The translations under genes were made by a program, and so were the position numbers. Below the pieces are notes generated by a model. The model was not told the origin of the DNA and made no database searches. It saw only the letters and a program-made list of their open reading frames with translations. A stretch of 63,805 nt of DNA, filler included, from Reticulomyxa filosa (lineage: Eukaryota; Protista; Foraminifera): assembly GCA_000512085.1 (NCBI GenBank). It is 19 parts of 19 records of this genome, joined end to end, with 100 filler letters (N's around TTAATTAATTAA, not from the genome) between each part and the next. Parts side by side here need not be neighbours in the genome. Positions count along the whole stretch, not along the records: positions 1 to 22,998 come from ASPP01020577.1; 18 more parts are not named here. One strand, given 5' to 3'. Within the stretch, counting starts at the first letter, position 1. Every line of letters begins with the position of its first letter. Shown here one piece after another: positions 1-12,710 of the stretch.

Positions 1-18
1 GTGTGTGTGTTTGAGCAG

Positions 19-873
19 GATAAACCTCCAACCAATGCGTTTGGCTTTGAAGTATGTCACGATCAATCAAAATGTCCCCCAGACAAAGTTCGTGTATGGT
101 CGACCACATTGTTTCTTGGAATTCCTAGAGAAAGGGGTTTTCCTGCGACACATCTCATTCAACAAGAATGCGAAAAGCATGGAACAGTGCAGCAGATAAA
201 GTTTTGCAAAACCAACACAAGAGTGAATATCTTATTTGGATTCATTCAAACTTTCAACATTTGATGTTTTTTTGTGTGTGTGAAGCCTTTTCCTGAAAAG
301 GCTTATGCATTTGTCCAATACCAAAATCGTCAAGCAGCTGAGATTGCAAAAATAGGACTAGAGCGATCCATTCGCCAGATAAACTTCATTGGTAAGATTG
401 GCTGGGGTAAACCCCCAAAACTCGACGGCGACACATTTGAGTTTACATCTGGAATTGGCTATGTCTCAAGACACGTTCTCAATGATAATCGTGATGACGT
501 GGCTACGATCCCAAATAATAACCGTCCTTTGTCTGATAGTATCAACAATCGTACTTCTCTTATGCCAATGTCTGGATCCTTGCCTTTTGTCCCTAATCAA
601 GTTTAAGGGTCGATTGCACTGGAGAGAGGAGAAGGGAGGGAATGCATTTGTCTATTTTTGTTATTGTTGTTAAATTACACCATTTGAATGTGTTGTTTTT
701 TTAAAATATTCGCATCAAAGATGCAGTTTAATCCTCCAATGATGAACTCTAACCCAAACCAAAATAATTCCAATCACAATAACAACACAAACACACCGAT
801 TCATCCGAGCCGCATGTTTAACAACAACGGAGGGATGTATGAGCCAGACTCGATAAATCCAGTGTGGTATTGA
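19..873 (+). CDS. RRM protein of the Nrd1/Seb1/SCAF4-SCAF8 type, 3' part (exons ~19-222, 286-600, 721-873)
   Basis: CPPDKVRVWSTTLFLGIP (RNP2) ... KAYAFVQY (RNP1) ... IGWGKPP..TFEFTSGIGYV resembles the Nrd1/Seb1/SCAF RRM plus split domain. N/P-rich tail. The 601-720 intron is GT-AG; the first intron donor is inferred. Confidence 0.7.
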
Positions 874-1340
874 ATCTAAGTCAACGCATGATAGAGATGC
901 GTTGCATAATGTTGATTTTCGTATGTGTGGTTGAGTGTTTGTGCTATCAATGGCCTCTGTTGTTTGTTTTTCTGTGCTCAACAAAAAAGTGTTGATTTCC
1001 TTAAAAATAGCTTTTTTTTCTTTTGAAAGAAAAAACGACCGTCTTTCTATGATTTTGTTAAGATGAGCAGACACTTTTTAAGCACTTATTTGATACTCCT
1101 GAGGCATGTGTGCGTTGATCTTGTGAGCTCAAAGACATTCAGCACATCAAATAATTTTTGTAATACTTCAAACCAAAACAGAAAGTACAATGTCACTTAT
1201 AGCAATTAAAAATCTTACCTTGTCAAAATCAAACAACATAATCTGTAACAAACTAGCAAACAGCGAAACTGTGGCTAGTTCATACGTGTGGCAGGTCAAG
1301 CAAAAAAAGTTGGTTTTTGAGCTTCCAAAAGATAATAATT

Positions 1341-2384
1341 ATGCTTCACGGAGATAATCCACAAGTCAGAGATGACTGGTGGCAAAAATTAAAGAATCCT
1401 TCCAAGTTAGCATGGGTACGGGGAAAAACAAACCTTTTTCAACGTTTGTTTTTTTCCTCCTTCCGCTCCGCTCCCAATAAAAAACAAGATGAAACAAAAA
1501 AACAAAACAAAACAAAGTAAAGCAAAACAAAACTTGAAAAAAAACACATAAAAAAATGTTGGCATTTGTTTTGAACAAAGATGTACTTGGGAGGAGTAGC
1601 GGTATACGCCATAATATTGATCAGCATGTTGGTCTTTTCGGCATTAAAACGGGATTGTATGGAGGACAGATCGACGCCTTTTTTGCTTGTGTGGAATGTG
1701 ATATTTTTATTATATTATTCGTTTCGGTCAGTGGTAGATCAAAATCACGTTTATGTTGAGTGAATTCCAAAAAAAAAAAAAGTAAATACTTTACCCGAAA
1801 CAATTCCATCCCTCTTTTTTTTTTTTTTTTTTGAAATGATGTTTGAGGGTTTGGAATAGACCAACTACTCGTTGCTAACAGTAATGTTAAGCATTTTCAC
1901 CATACTTTGGTGCTGGATCGAAACGGAGCGCACAAAGTGTGCAAGTGAACACAATAACAACATACGCACATTGACAATCGGAGTGGGTATAGCAGGTTTT
2001 GTAACGCTGCTATGGATAGGCGCAACCAACAGAAAGTTGATCGCAGATTACTGGTGGTACAAATTCAAGGCACAAGCCAAACAGAAAAAAAAAAAGCAAA
2101 ATCCAAAAAAACCATCGACTTGCGAATCAATGACGCAAGTTTGCTTATTATTTGTTCGCGGCCTCCCTGTCCATGGACTTGCAAATTGCCTTCATGTTCT
2201 TGCTCATTTGTTTGGCCAAGTTGCATCCCTTTGTGGAGTGGAGGTTTGTCGTCGATTGTTTTTTCATCTTGGCCGAATGTGCGTGGATTTCCCTTGGCAT
2301 ATTTGGAGTTTGTTGTTTGTTTTGTTTTTTTTTAGTGTCACTTATGTATACTATTTAATCTTGGTTATATTATTTGGAAAGTAA

Positions 2385-2415
<31 letters not shown>

Positions 2416-2784
2416 GCCCGAAAAGAACATCGCATGAAAATGAAGTTCTTCTTGATAACTTCTTGTGGCTTATTTGTCTATGTCGGAGTAGAAGTTTATT
2501 CCAAAATTCATAAGGGAAATGATCTTGGACGAACCTATGTTAATACCACTGCTTTCACTGTACTTGGAGTCGCTTTTTTGATTTGGAGATTTGCTGTGTG
2601 GTACTTCACTTATGGTGTGGTCTTGCTCTTCAGCAATGGGCTGAATCAAATAGTTTTGTTTTTTTTCTCTTTGTTTTGTGCAATGCTGCAATTATTGTCT
2701 TTTTTTTTTTCTCTTCCACAAACGTGTCGAAAGGTCTTTCCCTCAAAAAAAAATCAAATCCTCATTCGAAATGAGACATATTGA
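1341..2784 (+). CDS. Multi-exon multi-pass membrane protein, unknown function
   Basis: Hydrophobic exons at ~1341-1415, 1581-1758, 1860-2057, ~2140-2305 and 2416-2652 are separated by A/T-run-rich GT-AG introns. The 3' end is approximate. Confidence 0.6.
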
Positions 2785-4149
2785 AAACGCGTACGTTCCT
2801 ATGTTAAGCGGTCAGTAACTTACATTGCCTTTGAAAATTATTTTATCTCGTGCTCTTTGTCGTATTGGAACTTTTTTTTAGTTTATTTTGATGCTTATTG
2901 GCAAAAGATATCTTTAGCTGGACATTACTTTGTCGAACAGCATCTTTAAATCTTTCTTTTCTGGTTTAAACTACTGTCCGAATGTATTTAAAAAATTGTG
3001 TTGCATATTTTGCTTGTTTTCTAAAAGTCTTTTTCCGATTAATTACTTTTTGGCGTGTCTTGATTTCTCTTTACACAAAATCGAAGAAAGTAGTGCTCAT
3101 GAGGTAATCTTTCAGTATAAAAAATAAGCTGTTCGAATAATATTTTTTATCTCTTTAATCCCGAATTGAATGTAAACATTTTGCATCATTGCTTTCAAAA
3201 GACAGAATTTTTAATTTCTTGTTTTCACCTGCATTTCAATAGTTTTTTGGGCAGTTTTCACATCCGAAAAGTGGCGCTACAAAGAAACTTGTTCCCCAAA
3301 AACTTTTCACTCACTTCTACAACATTTCGTCTTTGTGTCTTTTATTTTTATTTTAAATATCTTTTTTTTAATTGAAGCGTATTTACCGTATTACAGTTAA
3401 AATTACAGACACAGCCGTACTTAAGTGTAAAAAAAGAGACGTTTGGACTTAGTAACAAAAATTTGCTATTCAGCTATTTTATTAAAGAGATTTTGCTTCT
3501 CTTACTACTAGTATTTACTATAAACTAGAGTTGTAAGACTTTCTTAATTGTAAAATGCGAATAAAATTTTCTGGAAACATCAATTAGCTTTGGTGAAATC
3601 ATTGAACGCCTTACCTGCTGTTGTGTAGACCTATTTACAAAGACACTTTTTTACTAAGGCATTTTAAAAAGTTTATTGTATTTTTGGGATAATAATCATA
3701 CAACACATTTAAAATTACACCAGTCAAATATGTCAAAACTTAACCAAATCAGTTGTTGCATAGAATTGTCAAGGTCTTGCTTGGTTTTAAATTACTGTCT
3801 TTTGAAGAACGTAAGCTTTTTGAGTTCAAATGTTATTAAATTGTTCTACCACGAATATCGATTAAAATTATTTCGCAAAAAAATAACTACACAACCAAAA
3901 AAAGTGCAAACAACAAACATTGAAATACAATCAAGTGGAGTTGCGCTACGCTGCAATCACAAAATACAATTTCTATTATTCTTTACTGAAAGAATAAAAA
4001 GAATAAACAACATTGATTCCAGAAACCAATTTTCTTTCAAGGTTGCTTAAAGAAAATTGTCGATTTCTTCCCATCCCTATCCTTGTTCCACATTATTTGT
4101 CTATGTATTTATGAACGTCCATTTGTTTGAAGGACAACCAACACAAAAG

Positions 4150-7020
4150 TTATTTTGTGCAAAAGCAGTTTAAATTTGCACTAAGGGCGTTTTGTGTCAA
4201 CGCTTTGAGGCATTCGCATAGCATGGCTCTATCATTGTTGTCACTGACCCCAAGTTCTTCGAGCTGTTTTCCGTTAATTTGTTCCAAGCAATGACCAACA
4301 AAATCTATGGAGTTACATGATTTCCACAACTGTCGAAGTTGTTCTAATGAACAGAAATACTTGCTGAATCTGTGTCTTTCAATACGTGTTAAATAAGCTT
4401 GAAAATCTTCGATTGTCCATTTTTTCCATTGTTGCAAAAACGTTTGCCACAGCGTTTTGGTTGCAAAAACAGTCTGTTTTTGCTGTACCCTTTCCCTTAT
4501 TTCTTCATATCTTGTTTCATGACATTGACCAAACCATGTTTCTTCATGGAGAATGTTATTCAATTCTTGAGCAGTTTCATTTGGACAAAATGGAAGTGAA
4601 CTTCGAAGTTGTGACAAATCCTTGGAAAATTCAAAGTCTATTGTTGCTTTAGGACTACTGTCACTTGGTCTTTGAAAATTTTTTTCAGATAACATAAAGT
4701 CTTTTATGCATAATCGGACCATGCTGATCATAGCCAATTGTTCAAAAGGATCGGTACAGTATTGGCTCAATATTGCATTTACTTTGGTTTCATCTTGGAA
4801 TACAGCGCTGACGTCTTCAGGAGTTGTGCACCCTACTTTTTTTACTTTTTCATAAAAATGTGGGATTTTAATAGCTACGCACAACTCCTTTAGAGCGTAA
4901 TCCCGAGAGTTCTGATTTTGGTGATACGTACTGATTGTTGCATCCAAACTACAGCTTTTCAAAGCAGAGTCACTTTGTTTTTTTTCTTGCTCTTTTTTAA
5001 TTTCTTCAGTTTTGCAATCGTTTTCCTTCACTGTTTCTAGGGTTGTGTTTGTATGTTGTATGATGGCCGGGAATTCAATTACACTCGTGCCAGGATGATC
5101 TGCTAATAAAGATGGTACTAGAAAGGCTTGACTTTCTTCGGCAATGGACAGAGGCAATATCTGCAGCTCTTGATCGTTCAAAGACATCACCTTGTTGTTC
5201 TCTTTTTGTCTTTTGCTTGGATATTCTATGATACCTAGTGACTCTGACTTTTTGCGTTTCCTAGAAATGGATCTGATATTTTCCTCTTCTCTTTTATTTT
5301 TCGTTTTTTCCTTTGCCGTTTTTCTTATCTGTGTTTTTTTCAAATCAACCACTTGTTGTGTTGTTCCAACTCTTTTGTTTATTCTCTGTTTCTCATCATT
5401 AAAAGGGATATGTGCAACTTGAAATTGCGAACAAGGACGAACATGGGTTTTTCAAAAAAAGTGAAAAAACACTAACGGTAGGATCATTTTTTGCACTGGC
5501 TTGGACCACAACAAATGGAGTGCCTTCAGTATGCGTATTTTGAAATCCAGAGGAATCAATTTTGAATGAATATAAAGAAAAAGTATCCTTGTCACTGTTT
5601 TCGCAGCTATCTTCCATTGCAGTAACAATACCATCTTGCCATTCGATGCTCCGACTGGTAAAGCGAGTGAGTTTGGAGTGATGCGTTTGCCGACAGTGGC
5701 TCTTTTGAATAGTGATTTTCACATCAATTGGACTTTCTGTTGTTCTCAAGAAATCTCGGTTAAAATATAGGTCAAAAGAAACCCGCCGAGGATGACCATT
5801 CTTGTTTGTATTGGACTCATACGATGATTGCAAGGCTAAGCAAATTTGCATTGAAGAATCGATCGTTGCTCCAATCACACTATCAATAGGGATGTGTTGA
5901 AATTCTCGCTGACTATTATGAGCCGTAATACTCAGGTACACTTTGCCGGCAATTAATTCAATCCAAAATCGTGGATATGTCAAATTCAGGGGTTGTGTAG
6001 ATCCTTGTTTTGCAGGCTTGCGTATAAATCCGTATTGCAAAAAAACACATAAAAGAAAGAGCCACCGTTTTCAAAGTGAAAAGATCCTGGCTCTTTTTTT
6101 TCGTTATGGACACGTGTAGAACAAAATGAAGGGAAAAATAAATAAATAAAATTTTGAAAATAGATAATAACTGTTGAAGTCCTGATCTTTTCAAACCACA
6201 GTCTTTTCAATACTTTAATGACCCATTGACTGTTGCATAAATCTAATATATCCCCTCCTTTCGTAGATGTTGTAAGTCGTATTTGTAACATTAGTACTGT
6301 ATTCTCGACCACATTCATTTTATTTCTCTGTACGTAAACACTTACGAACTGATTTAGTTTTGCACTCACGTCTTCAAAATTTTGGTGTTTGATATGTGCC
6401 CACTCCATTTCGTTATCAAGGCTATAATTTTGAAATGGACTGTTATCACAAGTATCGATACAAAGTGGTATGGAGCCTATTGTTTCATATCCTTCTTTGT
6501 GAATAAGATCAATTACATGGCATTTTGGGCACAAGTAATTGTACCGTTGTAATTTTTCTTCGCTGTGCTCTGCGCCTTTTTTTTAATTTATTTATTTATT
6601 TTTGCCACACATACACCATCCCATGTTTTTCGCTTTGTCCTTGCACTCCCTTTTATTTATACGTGCAGAAACTACAGAAACGAGATTATGATTTAGTGCA
6701 ATTTATGTCCTTACCTAGGCGTTTGACTTTATCTTTTTGAAACACCTTTCCAGTTTTTGTAAAAGCCCACACCAGCATTTGTTGTCTTAATTTCTCTGCA
6801 GTAAATTCAAGTTTTCTGCGTTGATTTTTGGGCATCTCCTCGCTCTTGTCATTTCTAATGCCGTCTCCACAAAAGGAAAGCAGAGGAGGATTCATATAAG
6901 TACCACAAAGCATTGGCGATTTGGGATATCGATCAAATCGGAACAAGTGTAACAGTTCAAATTTAACTTTTAAAAAAGTTTTGTTTTCTTGTGCTCTTAG
7001 ACTTTCAGCTTCTTTTGTTT
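4150..7020 (-). CDS. Large multi-exon protein with C-terminal SAM-like domain(s)
   Basis: ORFs 6686-6946, 5986-6534, 5399-6040 and 4150-5352 can be spliced in frame. The C-terminus WTIEDFQAYL...LEQINGKQLEELGVSDNNDRAMLCECLKAL is SAM-like. The start is uncertain. Confidence 0.6.
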
Positions 7021-7336
7021 AGTTATTCTTGTGCATTATTTCATTTTACGGATTTGAGTCAAAAGGTTTGAAACATGAAAACTATTTGATAATTAATGTG
7101 CAAGTGAAAATGAATCTAAACATTAAATAACTGAAACTTTCAAATCTGAGTTAACCAAGAGGTTTAAAAAAACTGAACAAAAAGAATTGGTATGTGAAAA
7201 TTACGGTCATTAAAGGAGAAGCACCGGATTTTGCATAGGGAGTATTTTCGAACAAAGACGTGCAAAAAAAAGGAACATTTTTGTATATAAGAATAAACAT
7301 TCAACGCAGCTCGTTCAAGGTATTTGTATTGCAGAA

Positions 7337-9287
7337 TCAATTGTCCTCAGTCTCAGTGGAGAATTCTTCATAGAATACAGAATCTTGACTTCTTTGAGAT
7401 GAATGATTGGTGTTTGCATTTTCATGAGTAGATTTACCGTCCCTTTTAATTTGTGAGGATTGAATTTTGTACTTATCGACAATGCCTTTGCACATCCGCA
7501 TGTCCATTTTAATAATGCATTGTCCATTTTTTATTGATTTTTGTTTATCCTTAAAATCTTGAGCAGGCACGTAAACTGAGGAGGACAACAACAACAAACA
7601 ACGATTTACTATAAAAATGAGGAAGAGTTCGTGGACAAGACAAAGCGAAGTTCCATACCACCAAAAGGTTTTTTAGTATCTTCGTTAATATTAATTTGCA
7701 CCTCGCCTTCTTTGACCAAGAATGACAAGTCAAACAAATTCTCCACAGTTTCTCCAAAAGATGATGGATTAGCAACAAGTTTAAACAAATCAAACTCGTG
7801 ATTGGGATTAGTGTCTGTTAAGCGCCTCACAACTTGGCGCAGTTTTTCTATCCTTTTTTTGTTTCCGTTTGATCTTCTCGCTCCTCTTTTTTGATTACTG
7901 TAGGCTGTGTTTCTGGCGCCGTTGCTTTCTTCAACACGCGTTTTCTGCGAATCAAGTTGTTTTTTTTTGTTCCATATTTTGGGCCACTATGGCATCGTCA
8001 GGACGCTGAATAACACCACCCCTGTGTTTACATACATTTATGTATTTATGCATAAAATATACATATATGTATATATAAATATATATTCTCCAGCAAATAA
8101 AATGATAACAAAAAAATCTTAACAGGAATGATATTGGTGGGACAGTGTACCAATAAGGTGCAAATGCGTCGCCTAGGGCATCCCAATCCAAAACCATCTT
8201 TTCATTTTCATTGACATTTTCGTTTTCAGTGTTCTCGTTGTTTTCATTGTTTACCCTAAACTTTTTAAGCACAATCCATTTTTTTTTTTTTTGGTTTTTA
8301 ATATATTCACTTGTTTTTTCCATTTTGTGCAATTGTACATAAATACATATATTGTATATATATATATGTGTTTATTGTATATATAATGCAATATATGATG
8401 TGAAATAGTTTGCTATTATTGTGTGAAATCTATATCCTTTCCCCCCCCTTGTTTAGTGCGTGCACCTTTGAATGCAAGATATTTATCAAGTCGTCAGTGT
8501 TGACCGCCAAGTTATTTTTGGAAATATTTTTAGCCTGTGCGACTAACAATCTACCCATTCGCAAACCTTGTTGATAATCCAATTGTGCTTCGGTTAAGTG
8601 ATAAACTGACACAAACATATGAATTCAAACATTCTCTGATTTTTATTTTTGATTTAAAGAGATGAGAAGATAAACAATAAGGGGTGTATTAAAAAAATAA
8701 AATAGCGCAAGCTTTTAACCATTATCATATAGCTTTTTCTGTTCCTTCATTTTCTCTTTGAAGGCATCAGTTTGGACATTTGCGATATCTCGACTCTGTG
8801 CTTGTGTTGACAATGCCAGCTTGCGATAGGCCATCCTTGTGGCCATCCGTTCGTGATTGGACATCACCTTCCCCCATTTGCGACTTGGACTCTGAGTTTG
8901 ACTGGAAAACTGCGGGTTGTTCAGTCGCCGTCTTCTTTGTGGTGGTCCATTCATCTCCAGGGAGTTCTCGCTTTGTGATGTGTTCCCTTGTACACCCATT
9001 CAATGACACATTTGTTATGCGTCAATTATGTCATTTTTGCTTTTTTTTTGTTTTTTTATTGTTTGTCTTGTTTGTTTTTTTTTTCCAATTTTCTTTTTTT
9101 TTCTGTTTTGCTTTGAGGGTGTCGATTTTTGACCTTCTTCGTCACTGTCCAATTGCTGTCTTTTTGACGAGATTCTACTGCTTCGTCTGCGATTGGATTC
9201 ACTGCCACTATTATTACTCTCCACAGTGTCTTCTTCTTTATTGTTTTGACGCGAATTTGATCCACCATTTCTGTATGTTCTCCTCAT
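7337..9287 (-). CDS. NSE4: Non-structural maintenance of chromosomes element 4 (Smc5/6 kleisin), multi-exon
   Basis: C-terminal FDLFKLVANPSSFGETVENLFDLSFLVKEGEV is the Nse4_C signature. Also ERMATRMAYRKL, EAQLD and LDWDALG..PPISFL. GT-AG introns; homopolymer frameshift near 7960. Confidence 0.85.
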
Positions 9288-9807
9288 TTTGCTCCTATAT
9301 TGCTAATTTCCTTTCCCCTTTACGAACCAAAAATAGTTCAACAAACTTAAACTATTCCATACGCTACTACTAATAGTAGTCTATAAGCTTAAACAAATTA
9401 AAAATCATAAGTGTTGACTTGTATAAATATTGTCAGATATTAGAAAAATTTCTATTGGGGTATTAGTTTTTCTTTCGCTAAAACATGACCAAAAAATCCT
9501 ACACTAATGCTATTGCTTAATATGGACCCCTTTTGGACTGTTTGCTAAAGTTATTGGCAAGCCAATTTCTAGATACTTTCACAAAAGGGAAAAAGGACTC
9601 ATACATCAAACAAAGTTTCAAAAATTGAAACAACGCATTTGAACCCAGTTATTAATTTTTTTTTGAAGGGAAAGATTGCGGCCAACAAAAAAAAAGATTT
9701 GCTTTGTTACATTGAAGTGGCAGTGTCAGAACAAAGTATTCACGCATAAAGACAAACAAAACAAAAACAAAAACAAAAACAAATCAACACCATCGCGAAA
9801 AAAAAGT

Positions 9808-10713
9808 TTAACGCATGAGCGATGCGCGACTCATCCAATATTGAATTTGAGCGACCAATACTTCTTCAACAGTAGGTCGTTTCACAGGAAAGGCCTTAGA
9901 GAAAGTATCTAAATTCTCACTAGTCAAAGTCAACGATTTAGTGACCTGTGCGACTTCGTTGGTGTTACTGACTTCGCCAATCTTAACAGTTTTCCCCGTC
10001 AAAGGAGTTTCGTAAACATTATTGGATGTGTCCGTGGATACAGGTTTTATCCCAAAGTTATTTACATTGACGCTGCCAATCACTTTGCGCTCATTGCTGG
10101 TGGGAACTGGTCTTTTGGCGTCGCATGCATGGCATTTCATGTATTCAATGTCATTCATTTCTTGGCAAGACGGACATACCCACATGAAGTGCTTATTGGA
10201 AGGGTTTATGCCTTCTTCTTGCGTCGGTAATAGCGTCGATGGAACAATGTGAGCATTGTTATTGTCGTGTCCCTGTTGATGATGCGTGTGAATATTGTTG
10301 CCACTGTTGTTGCCGTGAGAAAGCAGATGATGTTGTGATGGGTTTTTGTTACTATTTGGTTTGCGAGGGGAGTTACTGTGATGGGTACTTCCTGGAGTAC
10401 GCATCACACTTCCGGTTTCTACAAACTGTCGGAACATTGTCGATTCCTTCTCTGTTTCAAATCTCACTGCTAATATCATCTTTTCACATCCACTTTCATC
10501 CGATTCCGCTCGGATCACATACGCTCGCGGACCTTTGCTTCGTATTTTTGGCTTCAGACGACACGTAAATTCTTTTTTTGTTGTCGGGCTGTTGATCAGG
10601 ACTAACGTTTGAGTCTTCACGTTAAACACAAATTTAATCAAACCATTGCCTCTTTCTTTCCATTCACGATTCTCCAACAAAAACACTGTTGCGCGTGCTT
10701 GAAATTCATTCAT
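9808..10713 (-). CDS. Ran-binding (RanBP1/PH-like) domain + RanBP2-type zinc finger protein, intronless
   Basis: ARATVF..EWKERGNGLIKF...LAVRFETEKESTMF matches the RanBD pattern. WVCPSCQEMNDIEYMKCHACDAKRP fits W-x-C-x2-C-x3-N-x6-C-x2-C. Confidence 0.8.
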   Translation of the reverse strand: MNEFQARATVFLLENREWKERGNGLIKFVFNVKTQTLVLINSPTTKKEFTCRLKPKIRSKGPRAYVIRAESDESGCEKMILAVRFETEKESTMFRQFVETGSVMRTPGSTHHSNSPRKPNSNKNPSQHHLLSHGNNSGNNIHTHHQQGHDNNNAHIVPSTLLPTQEEGINPSNKHFMWVCPSCQEMNDIEYMKCHACDAKRPVPTSNERKVIGSVNVNNFGIKPVSTDTSNNVYETPLTGKTVKIGEVSNTNEVAQVTKSLTLTSENLDTFSKAFPVKRPTVEEVLVAQIQYWMSRASLMR

Positions 10714-12710
10714 TATGAAGATTCGAAGATTTCTCAAAAAGTTACCTTTTAGAACTTTCTTTGTTGCAAACTTTTAGATATCTCATTGCAGCTCTTTAAA
10801 TCAATAAGCTGTTTTTGGTTCCCACTTTTCTTGCTATGTTCATCTTATCTTTGGATTGAATCTTTATCAATCGAAACGATTAACATAAAATAAGCTGAAC
10901 TATACTATGATAAGTGCGAACTAATTAATGTTTTCCAAATAACAAAAAAGATCACTTGATTTTATATTCTTTTGTGATAGGCAATGAAACATGAATGTTT
11001 ATGAACGTTGGGGACTGATTTCGAACTTTTTAATTTATATTGCTTTATTTTTTTGTATTATTTTTGTGACTTAACAAATTCTTTAACTTAAAAAGATAAA
11101 TAAACCGATTACTCCTAGTGAAAATACATTTATGCTTACTACAGAAAAGAAACTTAAAAGACTAAAGACTTCGACAATACGCATATATAATTGAAGTAGA
11201 AACAACAACAAACGAATAATAAAGTGTGAATTATTATAAACTTTTCAATTTAATTAAGGTATATCAAATTAATTATTTATTTCTTTTTTCAATTAGAAAA
11301 AATGTTTAATAAAAAAAAGAAAGATAATGTACGAATAATAATAAAAAACACATTTACATATTATACAAAAAAATTTAATCATTAAAGAATATATTCAAAT
11401 AATGAAATAGTTTATTCAAATGCAATTATACACTTGTAGTACTAATAATATGTCGTAATAAGCAATCATCGCAAAACCCAAGTGAACTTTGGAACTCATT
11501 TATTCTAACAACACAACTCATTTTCACGGCTTGTCTTTCATCTTTATGTGGGACTCGTGAGAAGATTAAGTGTAATACGAAAGGAACTTAGTTCCAAGAG
11601 AATAATTACAACACAAGTAAAGAAACAAGTAAAAAAAACAAGATGAAAGTGAGTAGTGCTAAGAAGAGGGTTTTAACCCACTGGAGGTCCAACGTTCCGT
11701 TAGTATTTAAGGATGTAATGTAGTGACTTTTCCTACATTTCATTTGTTGAATCTTGTTATTTGTTTATCTTTTATTTAATTTATTATTCTTTTGTTTTAA
11801 GTTGCTCAAAAGAGCGAAAACCTTTCGTATTACATTTTGCGCATATCTTTCAGCAGAAAACCCACACTTGATAAAATAAAATGTAAATTTATGAAAATGA
11901 TCTAATTAGAAAGAACAATAATGAAAAATATAAATAATCAGCAATACAAATCAATTTAATAAATAAAACATTTAGATTAATGACAAAAGAAAATTTTCTA
12001 AATAACATATAACAACAATCTATTGAGTACATATATAAATGTATATCAACTTTTACAAATTTTGATTTGACTTTTGCATTACACATTAGTAATTGTAATA
12101 AGTGAATATAATGATTACATGTAGATGTACATTTATCATTTGTAATTATATCGACAGCGCGTACAAGCATAAACGTAACACATATTTTTATTGGGAAGAT
12201 AATTTTTGCAATTATAAAAACATAAATTTTTCGCTTTATGATTAATATGTTTACGATTAAAAAAGATGAAAATGCTTGCATTGCTATTTTTTGATAAAAT
12301 ACTATAGTGATTAGATGTGTTGATATTTTTAAAAATAAGTGATATTTGGAGTGAATGAAGAAAATATAATGATAGTTTTTCTTTTATCGATTCCTTAGTG
12401 ATTGTATCTACACTATCTTTACTTTGAATATGCACACAAATTCCGGATTTCAAAAACAAAGCTCGATTCGGAACTATCTCAAGAGGCTGCTGGAACAAAG
12501 AAAAAAACGTTTACACAAAAGCATTTTTAAAAAAAAGAATAAGAAAAGGAAAAAAAAAACCAGAAAAAAAAAAAGAAGTCTCCAAAAGGTAAGTGAGAGC
12601 GGGTATTGATCAACAATGTACGAGTGCATTGCTTTCTTAACCTCTCATTCCTTGTCAAAAAAAGAAAAATTATACATCCTAAAAATTTTTAAATTGAGGT
12701 ATTTTGAAAA

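Noticed and set aside
201-285. Non-canonical introns sharing the donor G (apparent TT..AG) at 201, ~5476, 16715 and 31530
   Set aside because: Each has a nearby in-frame GT-AG solution, and all junctions fixed by conserved motifs (RecQ, FBPase, Nse4, pentapeptide) are canonical.
7020-7036. Stop-codon reassignment (in-frame TAA after ATG; TGA in Kelch remnants)
   Set aside because: Conserved genes end normally at TAA/TGA (FBPase, WD40) and contain no internal stops; these cases fit pseudogenes, errors or splicing.
11450-11760. Slightly GC-richer intergenic patch with small hairpins as an ncRNA or retroelement end
   Set aside because: No recognisable tRNA, snRNA or protein motif and no second copy in the window.
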